DNA from: Diadema antillarum
Lineage: Eukaryota
NCBI RefSeq assembly: GCF_040938485.1
Contig: NW_027271146.1
Coordinates: forward strand, 682,001-746,000
Direction: 5' to 3'
DNA length: 64,000 nt
A model generated the notes under the pieces. It was not told the DNA's origin, did no database searches, and saw nothing but the letters and a program-made list of their open reading frames with translations. Both the position numbers and the translations under genes were made by a program. Of this stretch, positions 63,791 to 64,000 are shown piece by piece; position 1 is the first letter of the stretch; each line of letters begins with the position of its first letter.

Positions 63791-64000
63791 CGAAGGCCGG
63801 CTGTGTCCGAGGCTGTGCTAATCGTGCAATCATCACGGTTGTTAATTTCGAGTCTGCATTCAAGACTATCAAGACGAATCAATCAGGTGACTGCAACACG
63901 CTGGGGAAACCTACGACTTCAACAATAATGGCAACAACAAGAACAAGCTTTCCTACTGTATGTCACATGATACGCCGCCTGCACTAAATGAAAGCTAGCG

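Overview
This is AT-rich animal genomic DNA (roughly 37% GC by eye). The transposon families, the TACATGTA/TAGGCCTA enrichment and the mosaic CpG content suggest a marine invertebrate, possibly an echinoderm; this is inference. There is one well-supported gene: an intronless 780-aa type I membrane protein (signal peptide, LRRNT, about 12 LRRs, LRRCT, one Ig domain, TM helix, tyrosine-rich tail) at 51594-53936 (+). It has an upstream splice acceptor and a candidate promoter/first exon about 16 kb upstream. Most of the rest is non-autonomous DNA transposons, several of them nested: Kolobok-like (TTAA), Harbinger-like, Tc1/pogo-like, EnSpm-like, Sola2-like and CAG-ended elements with 5- and 6-bp TSDs. 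There are also decayed LINEs (an L1/Tx1-clade copy at about 59.3-62.0 kb and CR1/L2 3' ends), microsatellites, an 816-bp tandem duplication and a 204-nt assembly gap. The first ~14 kb is CpG-depleted and may be the 3' part of a methylated plus-strand gene. The most unusual observations are: two 40-bp direct-repeat/hairpin/direct-repeat modules with identical geometry; about 10-15x enrichment of palindromic octamers that match transposon excision scars; a Sola2-like element with 8 invariant 15-mers; and a possible spliced ShKT-like exon chain. No prokaryotic features, CRISPR arrays or rRNA genes were seen. All coordinates and counts were made by eye, not computed.
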